DNA of 64,000 nt, taken from a phage. Shown piece after piece: positions 52,894 to 62,092 of the stretch. The notes beneath the pieces are model-generated. The model made no database searches. It had not been told where the DNA came from and saw only the letters and a list, made by a program, of their open reading frames with translations. Both the position numbers and the translations under genes were made by a program. Within the stretch, counting starts at the first letter, position 1. The number at the start of each line of letters is the position of its first letter. The stretch lies in NCBI GenBank assembly GCA_011835815.1, contig GCA_011835815.1_3615.1. One strand, written 5' to 3'.

Positions 52894-53213
52894 TAATTTG
52901 TAGCTCTCGTAAAACCTCCCTAATTGCGGGGAAATCTTTACTATTAATACCACCAACCTGTCATGGTAACATGATAGAGGCTTCGAAGAGAGATCGAAGG
53001 TATGGTAACAGTGTGTTAATTTAGATAATCCGCAGCGAAGCATCCGAGAGGATGAACGTTCAACGACTAGTCGAAAGACGTAGAATCAAGCGATTCGAAA
53101 CGGGAGGGTAAGCGGTTGTTGTCGCTTATAAGATATAGTCTGGTCTGCATGGAGACATGCAGCTGCCTGAAAAATGGCGGGGCAAGACTAGCGACCTTGC
53201 CCGAACATAGACG
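52894..53213 (+). other. group I self-splicing intron (no ORF) within terL
   Basis: Conserved core elements in order: P AATTGCGGGGAAA, Q AATCCGCAGC, R GTTCAACGACTA, S AAGATATAGTC; exon ends in U that can pair with internal guide GCTCTC; intron ends in G; P9-like hairpins; boundaries +/- 3 nt. Confidence 0.8.
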
Positions 53214-54335
53214 ACACAATTCGAATGGGAGCAGATAGACTATCTGATGTCTCGTCTGCGATCTCAGTCAAAGTATCCATCAAGAATGGTTATCAGCTGT
53301 AACCCCGATTCAGAACACATGCTTGCCAAACTGGTTAGATGGTGGTTGGACGATGAAGGGTATCCAGATCCGGAGAAATGCGGTAAGAAAAGATATTTTA
53401 TCCGACGCGACGGTGAATTTATATGGGGAGATTCTAAAGAAGAGTTGATAGAGAAATACACCACGGTTAACGGACTGGGTGTGGAGATCAAGCCAAGACC
53501 GTTGTCATTCTCGTTTATAGGCGCAACAATATTCGATAATCCTGTTTGCTTAAGAGACAACCCAGAATATCTTGCTTTCCTTGAAGGTCTGCCGGAACTG
53601 GAAAAAGCTCAGCTTCTTCATGGTAACTGGTTTGCAAAGCCTGAGGGTGCAAACTATTTTCAAAGATCTTTCCTTCGTGATGCCGATAGAGTACCCCTTG
53701 GATCAGTATCTTGCAGGGCATGGGATAAGGCAGGAACCGAGAGAACTTCCGGTAATAAATTTCCTGACTTTACCGCCAGTATTAAGGTAAGTAAAGATAG
53801 CGACGGCTTTTATTACCTGTCCGGTGATTATTGTCCTGAGAACGTGGATGACGGGAGGTATTCCACAGGTCTGGAAGGCAAGTTCTGTAAAAAGGCTGGT
53901 GAACGAGATGTGATCATCAGGAAACAGGCGCAGTTTGATGGTGATGATTGCATAATCGTATTCTCTGTGGACCCTGGTCAGGCAGGTAAGAGTGAGTTCT
54001 TAACCTCATCCAGATCCTTGCTCGCCGAAGGGTTCAGGGTTGAAGAAGACCCAATGCCTTCCAACAAATCTAAACTGACAAGGTTCTCACCTTTTGCCAA
54101 TCTTGCACAACAAGGAATGGTGAGGATTGTAAAATCCAGTTTCCATCCTGATACTCTGGAAGCATTTCTGACTGAACTTGAAAAATTCAACGGGGAAAGA
54201 TCAACATTTAACAGAAAAGACGACTGGGCAGACTGTGTAGCTTCTGCGATTAATTTCCTGGAGAAAGAGGAGGTAGCACTTCCTTGTGTGATTCCATCAA
54301 TCTCATCACCTTCTATGTTCAAGCGTTTTATCTAA
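53214..54335 (+). CDS. terL: terminase large subunit, exon 2 (remainder incl. nuclease domain)
   Basis: In-frame continuation TQFEWEQIDYLMSRLRS... after the intron; track ORF starts at internal Met 53247. Confidence 0.75.
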   Translation, partial: TQFEWEQIDYLMSRLRSQSKYPSRMVISCNPDSEHMLAKLVRWWLDDEGYPDPEKCGKKRYFIRRDGEFIWGDSKEELIEKYTTVNGLGVEIKPRPLSFSFIGATIFDNPVCLRDNPEYLAFLEGLPELEKAQLLHGNWFAKPEGANYFQRSFLRDADRVPLGSVSCRAWDKAGTERTSGNKFPDFTASIKVSKDSDGFYYLSGDYCPENVDDGRYSTGLEGKFCKKAGERDVIIRKQAQFDGDDCIIVFSVDPGQAGKSEFLTSSRSLLAEGFRVEEDPMPSNKSKLTRFSPFANLAQQGMVRIVKSSFHPDTLEAFLTELEKFNGERSTFNRKDDWADCVASAINFLEKEEVALPCVIPSISSPSMFKRFI

Positions 54336-54437
54336 GTGTTGCCAATCTTAATTAGATGTGGTAGAATAGAGTAATCGGAGATACTAGCCCTCTAACACGA
54401 GGGCTATTTTGTTATACTGTTTTGAGGGGTAAAGCTT

Positions 54438-55994
54438 GTGTCCAAAAAGAACCGCAGGAAACACAACGCCACAGCCAAAACTGTGAATAAATCTGGGAAC
54501 GCAGGCGCACCAACTCATAATGTTCGTATGAGTGAGATCGGTTCTGGCGCACTTTCCCAAATTATGGCAGAATCGCAATCTATGATGGTTGAGGAATTGC
54601 GTTGGCCTCAGCTGATTGCCACAGTGGAGACTATGAAATGTGATTCCACAGTTGCTACTGCCTTAGATACAAAATATGTTTTCATCACGAAAGCATTCAA
54701 TGATTTTAAGATCCTTTATAATGTTAAAAGTGAAGACTCTAAGAAAGCTGCCGAGCTTATAGAGTATTCTTTGCGTAATTTGGCAAACCAACAAACTCTT
54801 CGAGATATTGCAAGAAGCGCAGCTACCTTTAACGAGTATGGTTTTTCACTGTTTGAGAAAGTATACCGCAGAGAAAAAGAAGGTAAATATGCCGGGATGC
54901 TCCTTATCGATAAAATTGCATTCCGACCTCAGGCCAGCCTGTCCAGATCAGAGCCGTTTGTTTTTGATAAGAATAGCAGAACACTGACAGGTATTTATCA
55001 GTCACCTAATGCATTTCTAAACACTCAGAATGCACGCTGGGCTGGACCTCTTGCTGCAATGCCTTCAAAAGGCTTTAATGAGCCTGAAATTTTCATCCCT
55101 GCTAAAAAGCTTATGCTCATGACCCTGTCAGGAACAGAATCTAACCCTGCAGGTGTGTCACCTATGATAGGTTGCTACAGATCTTTCCGTGAGAAAGTTC
55201 TGATTGAAAACCTTGAGGTTGTTGGCTGTTCCAAAGACCTTGGTGGCGTGCTTGAGCTGAAAATTCCTTCCAATATTTTGAACAAGGCCAGCATTGACCC
55301 GAATTCAATGGAAGGGAGAATGGTTGCAGACCTTATGCTTGACGCAGCAAACGCCCATAGTGGTGAGCAAAGTTTCTTTATACTTCCGTCTGATAGAGAT
55401 AAGTCTGGTAAAGAGCTTTACTCCATGACCCTGAAGGGGGTTGACGGTATGGGTAAGCAGTATTCCACTAAAGATTTGATTGATGCCCGTAAGAAGGCGA
55501 TTCTTGACCGTTTCGGTGCTGGCTTTATTAACCTCGGTAACGATAACGTTGGATCCTTCTCTCTGTCTGAGTCAAAACAGTCTATCCATGGTCATTTTGT
55601 TCAGCGTGATATAGATATTATCACTGAGGCCTTCAATAAAGATCTTATTCCACAGCTTCTGGCATTGAATGGTATCATCCTTGAAGATGATGATATGCCT
55701 AAACTGAAACCTGGTCTGATTGAAGAAGTGGACATGGAGAGCTTCTCCAAGTTTGTCCAGAGGATCGGTGCTGTAGGTTACTTGCCAAAAACTCCTGCAG
55801 TAATTAATAAGATTCTTGAAGTAGGCGGGTTTGATGAAAGATTTGACGAGGACATGGATCAGGAAGAGCTGATGAAGCTCTTGGGCCAGGACATCAGTAG
55901 GGCTGGTGATGGAATGGCTGCAGGATCCACTGGTAACGGCACTTCTAAGATGTCATCAACCAGAGATAATTCCATATCCAACATGGAAAATTAA
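54438..55994 (+). CDS. portal protein (putative)
   Basis: 518 aa; GTG start with GAGGGG SD; directly downstream of terL; size and position typical of portal. Confidence 0.6.
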   Translation: MSKKNRRKHNATAKTVNKSGNAGAPTHNVRMSEIGSGALSQIMAESQSMMVEELRWPQLIATVETMKCDSTVATALDTKYVFITKAFNDFKILYNVKSEDSKKAAELIEYSLRNLANQQTLRDIARSAATFNEYGFSLFEKVYRREKEGKYAGMLLIDKIAFRPQASLSRSEPFVFDKNSRTLTGIYQSPNAFLNTQNARWAGPLAAMPSKGFNEPEIFIPAKKLMLMTLSGTESNPAGVSPMIGCYRSFREKVLIENLEVVGCSKDLGGVLELKIPSNILNKASIDPNSMEGRMVADLMLDAANAHSGEQSFFILPSDRDKSGKELYSMTLKGVDGMGKQYSTKDLIDARKKAILDRFGAGFINLGNDNVGSFSLSESKQSIHGHFVQRDIDIITEAFNKDLIPQLLALNGIILEDDDMPKLKPGLIEEVDMESFSKFVQRIGAVGYLPKTPAVINKILEVGGFDERFDEDMDQEELMKLLGQDISRAGDGMAAGSTGNGTSKMSSTRDNSISNMEN

Positions 55995-56061
55995 AAATTA
56001 TCAACACAGGGGGTTGCAAAACCTCCTTTGGCGTGATAAAATAATCCACATGGGGAATAAT

Positions 56062-56481
56062 ATGCCACAGGAAGAAATGATTTCCTACGAAATCATCTAC
56101 GAGCCTGACACTAAAGATGCTCACGGTGAGTGGATGAGTAAAGACACCATCAAAAAGGCTAAAGATAACTGGGACGCAGCATACGCCGCAGGCCTAGTTT
56201 CTGAGAACCTTTTCCACTTGACCTCTACAGATGCTTTCACCATTGAAAAAACGTGGATTCAAGAAGAGTTTGATGTTGTAGTAATTGGCACTGAGCAGGT
56301 CATCAAGGCTGGCTCTTGGGTTGCTAAAGTTAAATACAATAATCCTGAACTATGGGAAGCTAAGAAGGCTGGCATTGTTGGTGGCCTAAGCATTCAGGCA
56401 ACAGGTAATGTTGATGAAGAAACTGGTGAAATTACCAACGTAAACTTCGGGATCAGTGTTGTAGAAGAGGGCAATGAATAA
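56062..56481 (+). CDS. head morphogenesis protein (function unknown)
   Basis: ATG at 56062 with GGGGA SD; 139 aa; between portal and scaffold. Confidence 0.45.
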   Translation: MPQEEMISYEIIYEPDTKDAHGEWMSKDTIKKAKDNWDAAYAAGLVSENLFHLTSTDAFTIEKTWIQEEFDVVVIGTEQVIKAGSWVAKVKYNNPELWEAKKAGIVGGLSIQATGNVDEETGEITNVNFGISVVEEGNE

Positions 56482-57458
56482 TGTCTGAAAAAACGATTAC
56501 TATTAAAGAGAAGGGGATTGCCCTGTGCCACAAGGCGCAAGGCTATAGCGCTAACAATAGACCTGTATCTCTTTTGATGAAGAGTGATCTTAAGCCTGAG
56601 CAGTTAACAGACGATATTGTTAAGGCACTTCGCCAAGTTACTGTGGAGCTTAGTTTTGAAGAATACCTGCGTCGTTTCTTCGATATGTGGTATGATGATG
56701 CTAAAGCACTTGCACACATGCTTGGTTTTGAGATTGAAGAGGAGGCTTGGGCTAAAGAGCATCCTGATTGGGAATGGGCGCAAGCTGACGCAGAGTCTTG
56801 TATTGCATGGCTGGAAGAGCGTTGTGATAACGTGACCATTCATAAGGCTGCAAAAGAAGGCAAGCAGCTTAGTGTGGTAGATCAGTACAGCCTGTTAAAA
56901 ACACAACAGATTTTTGAACAAGTAACCGCTGATCTCTTCGATAAAGAAGGGAACCTGATCAAGGCGGTACAGGAACCTGCTGAGGTGGATAAAACTACCG
57001 AGGTGGATGATGTTGCAAAATCCGCAAATACCGAGGAGAATCCGGTGGACGTAACCAAAACTAAAGAGTATCTGGATCTGCTGAAGCAAGTAGAAGAGCT
57101 GAAAGCAACCCAGAGTAAAGCTGAAGAAATCATCAAGGCCCAGGTTGAAGTTGAAAAAGCTAAAATGCTGACTAAGGCTCAAGCTTTAAGCTTTGTTGGT
57201 GAAGAAGATCACGCAACCCTGGTTGACTTCATGCTGGAAAAAGCTAACGAACCTATCGTAGCTATGCTGGAGAAAGCTCAAGCAAAAATTGAAGAGCTGG
57301 AAGCAGAGGTGCATAAAACTAAAGAAGAGTTTGCCACCACTGAACATGGTAATGATGGCGAACCTGTTGTGGATGATATTGCAAAATCCGCAGAAGAAAT
57401 TCTTGCTGAAAACGTTGCAAAAGCACTTGCTCGTGCACGTGCAGAATCTAACAAATAA
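56481..57458 (+). CDS. scaffolding protein (putative)
   Basis: 325 aa; acidic, long coiled-coil-like C-terminal half with repeated DD(V/I)AKSA; lies between portal and capsid genes. Confidence 0.55.
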   Translation: MSEKTITIKEKGIALCHKAQGYSANNRPVSLLMKSDLKPEQLTDDIVKALRQVTVELSFEEYLRRFFDMWYDDAKALAHMLGFEIEEEAWAKEHPDWEWAQADAESCIAWLEERCDNVTIHKAAKEGKQLSVVDQYSLLKTQQIFEQVTADLFDKEGNLIKAVQEPAEVDKTTEVDDVAKSANTEENPVDVTKTKEYLDLLKQVEELKATQSKAEEIIKAQVEVEKAKMLTKAQALSFVGEEDHATLVDFMLEKANEPIVAMLEKAQAKIEELEAEVHKTKEEFATTEHGNDGEPVVDDIAKSAEEILAENVAKALARARAESNK

Positions 57459-57478
57459 GACATTAACGGGGGAAATAA

Positions 57479-57868
57479 ATGATTACCGCTCAATATTCTG
57501 ATATCGTGCTCGGCAAAGTTGATTCTAGCGATGCTGGCTACAATTTTAAAGAGATGGAAATTACACTGACAGAGCACCATCATGCTGGTACTGTTGTAAC
57601 AAAAACTGGCACTATCGCTAACGATGATGGCTCAGACGTTTATGGCGTTCTCGTAGACCGAGCTCTGGTAAAAGATGCAGGAAAAGTTCATCTCGCTGAG
57701 CCTCTGCAAACAGGTCAGAAATATAAACTGGTTGTTGCAGTTCATGGTGTTACCTTTGCAAAAGATAAGCTGCTGGGGTCTAACGGTGAAGCAGCTAAGC
57801 AGGCTGTTCTTGAAAAGCTGGAAGCTCTGGGTAACAAAGTTCACGTCCAGACTCTTGGTGAAGAGTAA
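57479..57868 (+). CDS. head decoration protein (putative)
   Basis: 129 aa; sits immediately upstream of the capsid gene, as lambda gpD does upstream of gpE; by position only. Confidence 0.35.
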   Translation: MITAQYSDIVLGKVDSSDAGYNFKEMEITLTEHHHAGTVVTKTGTIANDDGSDVYGVLVDRALVKDAGKVHLAEPLQTGQKYKLVVAVHGVTFAKDKLLGSNGEAAKQAVLEKLEALGNKVHVQTLGEE

Positions 57869-57916
57869 GTCCTAAATTGTTCGGGAAAATATTTAAGTTT
57901 TACTTTGGAGAAATAA

Positions 57917-58927
57917 ATGATTACTCGTAAAGATGAATTTGGCATTGTTGATTTAGGTGCTACTCTGGACCTTGTTCCGCGTCAATTCCGCCTGATTACT
58001 GGTATGGATCTGTTCGAAACTCGTCTCGGCACCTCAACAATTGCTCAGATCGAGCGTGTTGATGAAGTTGTAACAGACATTCCGGCACGCCGTCGTGGTG
58101 GTGAGCGTAACTACGTTGGTAATGAACGTGCTCAGGTTAAAAACCTGAACATCCCGTTCTTCCCTCTGGATAAAGGCATCACTGCTGCAGATGTTCAGAA
58201 CTTCCGTCGTTACTTCACTCCTGATGCTCCGAAAACTGTTCAGGACGTAGTAACCCGCGTTGTTCGCCGTATCCGTGTTTCCCATGAAGCACTGCGTGAG
58301 AAAGCGCTGTTCCAGGCTATTCTGGGTAAATCCTATGCACCTGGTGACGCTACCTGCCAGTATGACTACTACACTCTGTGGGGTGTGGATCAGAAGTCTG
58401 TTGAGATTGACCCTGCAAAAGCAGATCAGGACCCCATGGAGGTTCTGGAAGAAGCTCGTCTGCACATCGCACTGCAAGCTGGTGATAACGCAGCTGGCTA
58501 TCGCATCGTAGCCCTGTGCTCACCGGAGTTCTTCAGTGCTGTTACCCATCACCCGCTGGTAGAACTGGCATACACCTATTACGGCTCTGCTCAGGAACCT
58601 CTGCGTCGCCGTCTGGGTGCGGGTGGTCAAGACAGCGTATACCGTGTGTTTGAGCATAAAGGTATCACCTTTATCGAAGATATCTCTGGCAATATTCCTA
58701 AGAAAGAGGCTCGCATCCTGCCGATGGGTATTGATCAGATGTTCCAGCTGCACTTTGCTCCGGCAGACGATGTTAACGAAGCAAACACTCCAGCACAGGA
58801 ACTGTATATGTGGTATAAACACTCTGCATACCTGCGTGAAGAGAAGATTGAATCTGAAACTTCCATGCTGGCAGTTAACACCCGTCCAGAGCTGGTTGTT
58901 AAAGCAACTCTGAAAGGTGGTGAATAA
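57917..58927 (+). CDS. major capsid protein (putative)
   Basis: 336 aa; strong SD; followed by a very strong hairpin terminator typical of highly expressed capsid genes. Confidence 0.6.
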   Translation: MITRKDEFGIVDLGATLDLVPRQFRLITGMDLFETRLGTSTIAQIERVDEVVTDIPARRRGGERNYVGNERAQVKNLNIPFFPLDKGITAADVQNFRRYFTPDAPKTVQDVVTRVVRRIRVSHEALREKALFQAILGKSYAPGDATCQYDYYTLWGVDQKSVEIDPAKADQDPMEVLEEARLHIALQAGDNAAGYRIVALCSPEFFSAVTHHPLVELAYTYYGSAQEPLRRRLGAGGQDSVYRVFEHKGITFIEDISGNIPKKEARILPMGIDQMFQLHFAPADDVNEANTPAQELYMWYKHSAYLREEKIESETSMLAVNTRPELVVKATLKGGE

Positions 58928-58951
58928 TCACTGAGGTGATTCATCCCATAT

Positions 58952-58983
58952 GGGGAGGGGGTTCTCCCCCTCCCCTTTTTATT
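58952..58983 (+). terminator. rho-independent terminator
   Basis: GGGGAGGGGG-TTCT-CCCCCTCCCC hairpin followed by TTTTTATTT. Confidence 0.75.
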
Positions 58984-59008
58984 TATTAGGGTTTAACAGG
59001 AGTGTCCC

Positions 59009-59836
59009 GTGAAGCGAACCGTCTACCCAGTCGAGTATGATCCTCTATTAAGAGTTTTCAACAATCAGTTAAGTTTTTATCAATTTTTAGCACAATATAA
59101 CCCAGAAATCAATGTTGGTTTATCAGCCCTGCTGCCACCAACAGAATTCGTTATTGGCAGTGTTCACTATCCGTGCAGAACGATTGTAGACTTCTTCGAG
59201 AAGATTGCAAAACATACAGGCCTGCCAATTGATACTGGTATTTCAACTATCCGTATGGGTGTTATTCTTCTGTTCTTCACAGAGAACCTTGATGAAAGCA
59301 CTTTAACACTGCAAAGCGGGGATGTCAATATCACACTCACTCCGTCAGTGTTTAAAGAGGTAGATGCTGCTTTCAAGGTTTCCGTGGCAGAAGGTCATCT
59401 GTGGGATCCTGCAGGGATGCCTAAAAAAGTGACCATAAACGATGAGCAATGCAACATTGTTTATGAAGAAGATACCCAAACTTTCACCATTGAGTGGCCT
59501 AAGAAACGTTCTCAGGTTGTAAATCTTGGACTGGTCTCTACGATAGCTCCACCGCCTGAACCAGAGCCGGAGCCGCCTGTAGGTCCTACTGAACCTGGTG
59601 GTGACGGTGAAGTTACTGTAGCAGATCCGCAAGATGTGACTGTATTCTCTTCCTCATTTGTAGCCATTGAGAATAAGGATGAAATCCTTAAACAGGCCGC
59701 AGCTCTTAACAACGAAGATGACAAAAGTGGTTCAAAAGATGCACTCCAAACCTTCGCTAAAGAGTACGGTGTTACCTTAAGTAAGGCAAAAACTTTCCAA
59801 AATATGATGAAAGATTTTGAGGCTGCACTGGCATAA
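59009..59836 (+). CDS. structural protein with Pro/Glu-rich linker
   Basis: 275 aa; PPPEPEPEPPVGPTEPGG linker between two domains; terminator follows. Confidence 0.5.
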   Translation: MKRTVYPVEYDPLLRVFNNQLSFYQFLAQYNPEINVGLSALLPPTEFVIGSVHYPCRTIVDFFEKIAKHTGLPIDTGISTIRMGVILLFFTENLDESTLTLQSGDVNITLTPSVFKEVDAAFKVSVAEGHLWDPAGMPKKVTINDEQCNIVYEEDTQTFTIEWPKKRSQVVNLGLVSTIAPPPEPEPEPPVGPTEPGGDGEVTVADPQDVTVFSSSFVAIENKDEILKQAAALNNEDDKSGSKDALQTFAKEYGVTLSKAKTFQNMMKDFEAALA

Positions 59837-59895
59837 TTTTGTTAAGGCCCCTTCCAAATCAGGAATGGGGCTTTATTTTTACGAGGTATTTTCAA

Positions 59896-60516
59896 ATGGC
59901 ATGGTATGAAGATGAAGAGATTATCCCGTCACCGCCTAACCATGATGGTGTGGTCGATACCCCAGAAGAACCACCAAAAGAAGATCCTGTACTTCCGGAA
60001 CCTGATCCAGACCAACCTCTTATTAATATTATGAGGTTGTTGCTCGGCAATGTTGATGAGGAAACTCTCCCTGATGAGGTAATTAAAACATTCCTTGACA
60101 TGGAGAAGTTGAAACTAAATTATCCGGCAGACCCTGATAAGCTACCTCTGCTTAAGTACAATGTGCTTGTGCAGCTTGTGCGGTGGCTAATGATGCAGGA
60201 AGTGTCCAGCGGTAATGCAAGTATAACTTCCCGTCTGGAAAAAATAGGTGATGAGACTATAGAGATTCGTGGTGGATCTTCCTACGCTCAATGGAAAGAT
60301 TTCCTTGATTGGCTGCTGGCACACCCCGACTATGTAGATTCTGAGCTAGATGCTTACAGTAGAATGATTATCATTGGTGGTGTTCGTGTAGATGAAGGAA
60401 TTCGGGTTAAATTTAATGAAAACAGCAACGGGCCGTTCGATGTCCAGGGTATTACACCTATCAGTGGTCTAAATAACCAACCTCCTCGCCACCCAAGACG
60501 CAAACGCAGTTTTTAA
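59896..60516 (+). CDS. head-tail joining / neck protein (putative)
   Basis: ATG at 59896 with GAGG SD (track ORF starts 59839); 206 aa. Confidence 0.45.
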   Translation: MAWYEDEEIIPSPPNHDGVVDTPEEPPKEDPVLPEPDPDQPLINIMRLLLGNVDEETLPDEVIKTFLDMEKLKLNYPADPDKLPLLKYNVLVQLVRWLMMQEVSSGNASITSRLEKIGDETIEIRGGSSYAQWKDFLDWLLAHPDYVDSELDAYSRMIIIGGVRVDEGIRVKFNENSNGPFDVQGITPISGLNNQPPRHPRRKRSF

Positions 60517-60569
60517 AAATTGTTGCTTTTGATGTATCTTTGTGGTAAAATACATTAGTGAGGGATATA

Positions 60570-61028
60570 ATGCTAAAGGTTAAATGTCAAACAAGGTTCA
60601 ACCTAAAGCGTTTAGATCGCTTCTACAAAGAACTTGTGAGACTTGAAAGTAAAACAATAACCTACGGCTTTTATGACGAACCTCACCCGTCAGGCTTAAA
60701 TATGGCAACATTGGCAGCCATTCACAACTTCGGTTGGAACGGGCTGCCTGTTCGCAATTTCATGGAGACAGCTTTTGCATTTCACAGCACTCAACTACAG
60801 ACCTTGACAGAAAAATTGTTGAGAGCTATGGCTAGGGGATCAAGTGCAGAGGCTATTCTTAAGCAGATGGGGGACACAGGGGCCAAAGCTATCCAGTTTG
60901 TTATTGAGGCTGGGCAGTTTAGTAATCCTACTGTTAGCGAGCAGTGGGCACAAGAGAAAGGCTTCAACGAGGCTATGCGGCATTACGATGTGCTGCTTGA
61001 ATCTGCAACCTTTAAAATCGGACAGTAA
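60570..61028 (+). CDS. head-tail joining / neck protein (putative)
   Basis: ATG at 60570 with GAGGGA SD; 152 aa. Confidence 0.45.
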   Translation: MLKVKCQTRFNLKRLDRFYKELVRLESKTITYGFYDEPHPSGLNMATLAAIHNFGWNGLPVRNFMETAFAFHSTQLQTLTEKLLRAMARGSSAEAILKQMGDTGAKAIQFVIEAGQFSNPTVSEQWAQEKGFNEAMRHYDVLLESATFKIGQ

Positions 61029-61043
61029 AAATAAGGGGGTTGA

Positions 61044-61469
61044 GTGGCAGCAGGTTATAAGCTGATAGGAAAGAACAGACTAATACCTCGTAAAACATTC
61101 AAAGGTCGCCACAGAGTGTATAACAAAACAGTTGGTGGCCCTTTTGCCAACGAGGGGTTAGAACTTGAGTATGAAGAGTTTGATGTCTTAGATTGTGTTG
61201 TGCAGCCGTTGACAGGAAGGGCAGCTAAAGATTACTCCTCTCAAATAAACCCTGAAGGTGACAGACAGTACGAGGCTTTTACAGTTTACTCCTCAACCAA
61301 GTTGTATAGTCCGGACGAAGGAACATATGCAATGGCTGACCAAATTCAGCTGCCTGACATCCGTGGTGACTTGAAATGGTTTACTGTTTTAAAATGCGAT
61401 GCATATGTTACCTCTGGTGGTGGGAGATATAGATTTTTTGTGGTAGAAGAGCCTGAAGGAGAAAACTGA
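61044..61469 (+). CDS. tail completion / neck protein (putative)
   Basis: 141 aa; GTG start with AAGGGGG SD. Confidence 0.45.
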   Translation: MAAGYKLIGKNRLIPRKTFKGRHRVYNKTVGGPFANEGLELEYEEFDVLDCVVQPLTGRAAKDYSSQINPEGDRQYEAFTVYSSTKLYSPDEGTYAMADQIQLPDIRGDLKWFTVLKCDAYVTSGGGRYRFFVVEEPEGEN

Positions 61470-62020
61470 TGGAAGATTTCGAAAAAGTTTTTTCTGATCT
61501 TGAAACAACCATTGCTAAGCTCGTCAAGGTTGCCACAGGAAGAACTGTAGTTCTGGCAGAAAGCTCTACCATACCGAAGCCGGAAGGTGAGTTTGTACTT
61601 TTACAAACCTTGGCGATCAATCCCACCACTTGGGAAGATAATGAGTTTCAAGATGCGGAGGGTAATGCTTACGTCACCCACAGTTACACTGTTACTTATC
61701 TGTTAACAGCTTATCGTGGCAGGGCATATGCTGCACTTAGCAGAGTATTGCAAGCAATAAACCTTCCAATGTTTTATGACAAGTATTTCCCTCTGGGATC
61801 GTGCTTTGCCTACTCTAACAATTCAACAATCTCACCTCAAAGAGTGCCGTTGAATAAGCAGACGTATGAAAATAGAGCCACTGTGATGCTGACATTTAAC
61901 GTAAGGTTTGTTGAAACAGACATTGGGGCTTTTGAGGATCTTGAGGGAATTAAGGCTGAAATAACCACACACTTCCCTTCACCCAATTCTGGTAAAGCGG
62001 TTACAGACAGTGGTCAGTAA
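61469..62020 (+). CDS. tail completion / neck protein (putative)
   Basis: 183 aa; start overlaps preceding stop. Confidence 0.45.
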   Translation: MEDFEKVFSDLETTIAKLVKVATGRTVVLAESSTIPKPEGEFVLLQTLAINPTTWEDNEFQDAEGNAYVTHSYTVTYLLTAYRGRAYAALSRVLQAINLPMFYDKYFPLGSCFAYSNNSTISPQRVPLNKQTYENRATVMLTFNVRFVETDIGAFEDLEGIKAEITTHFPSPNSGKAVTDSGQ

Positions 62021-62092
62021 TCGTTATAATTGTGTAGTGTAATGATTACACTGCGTGTTTGATATCCGTGCACAGATATTAAGAGGAAACAA

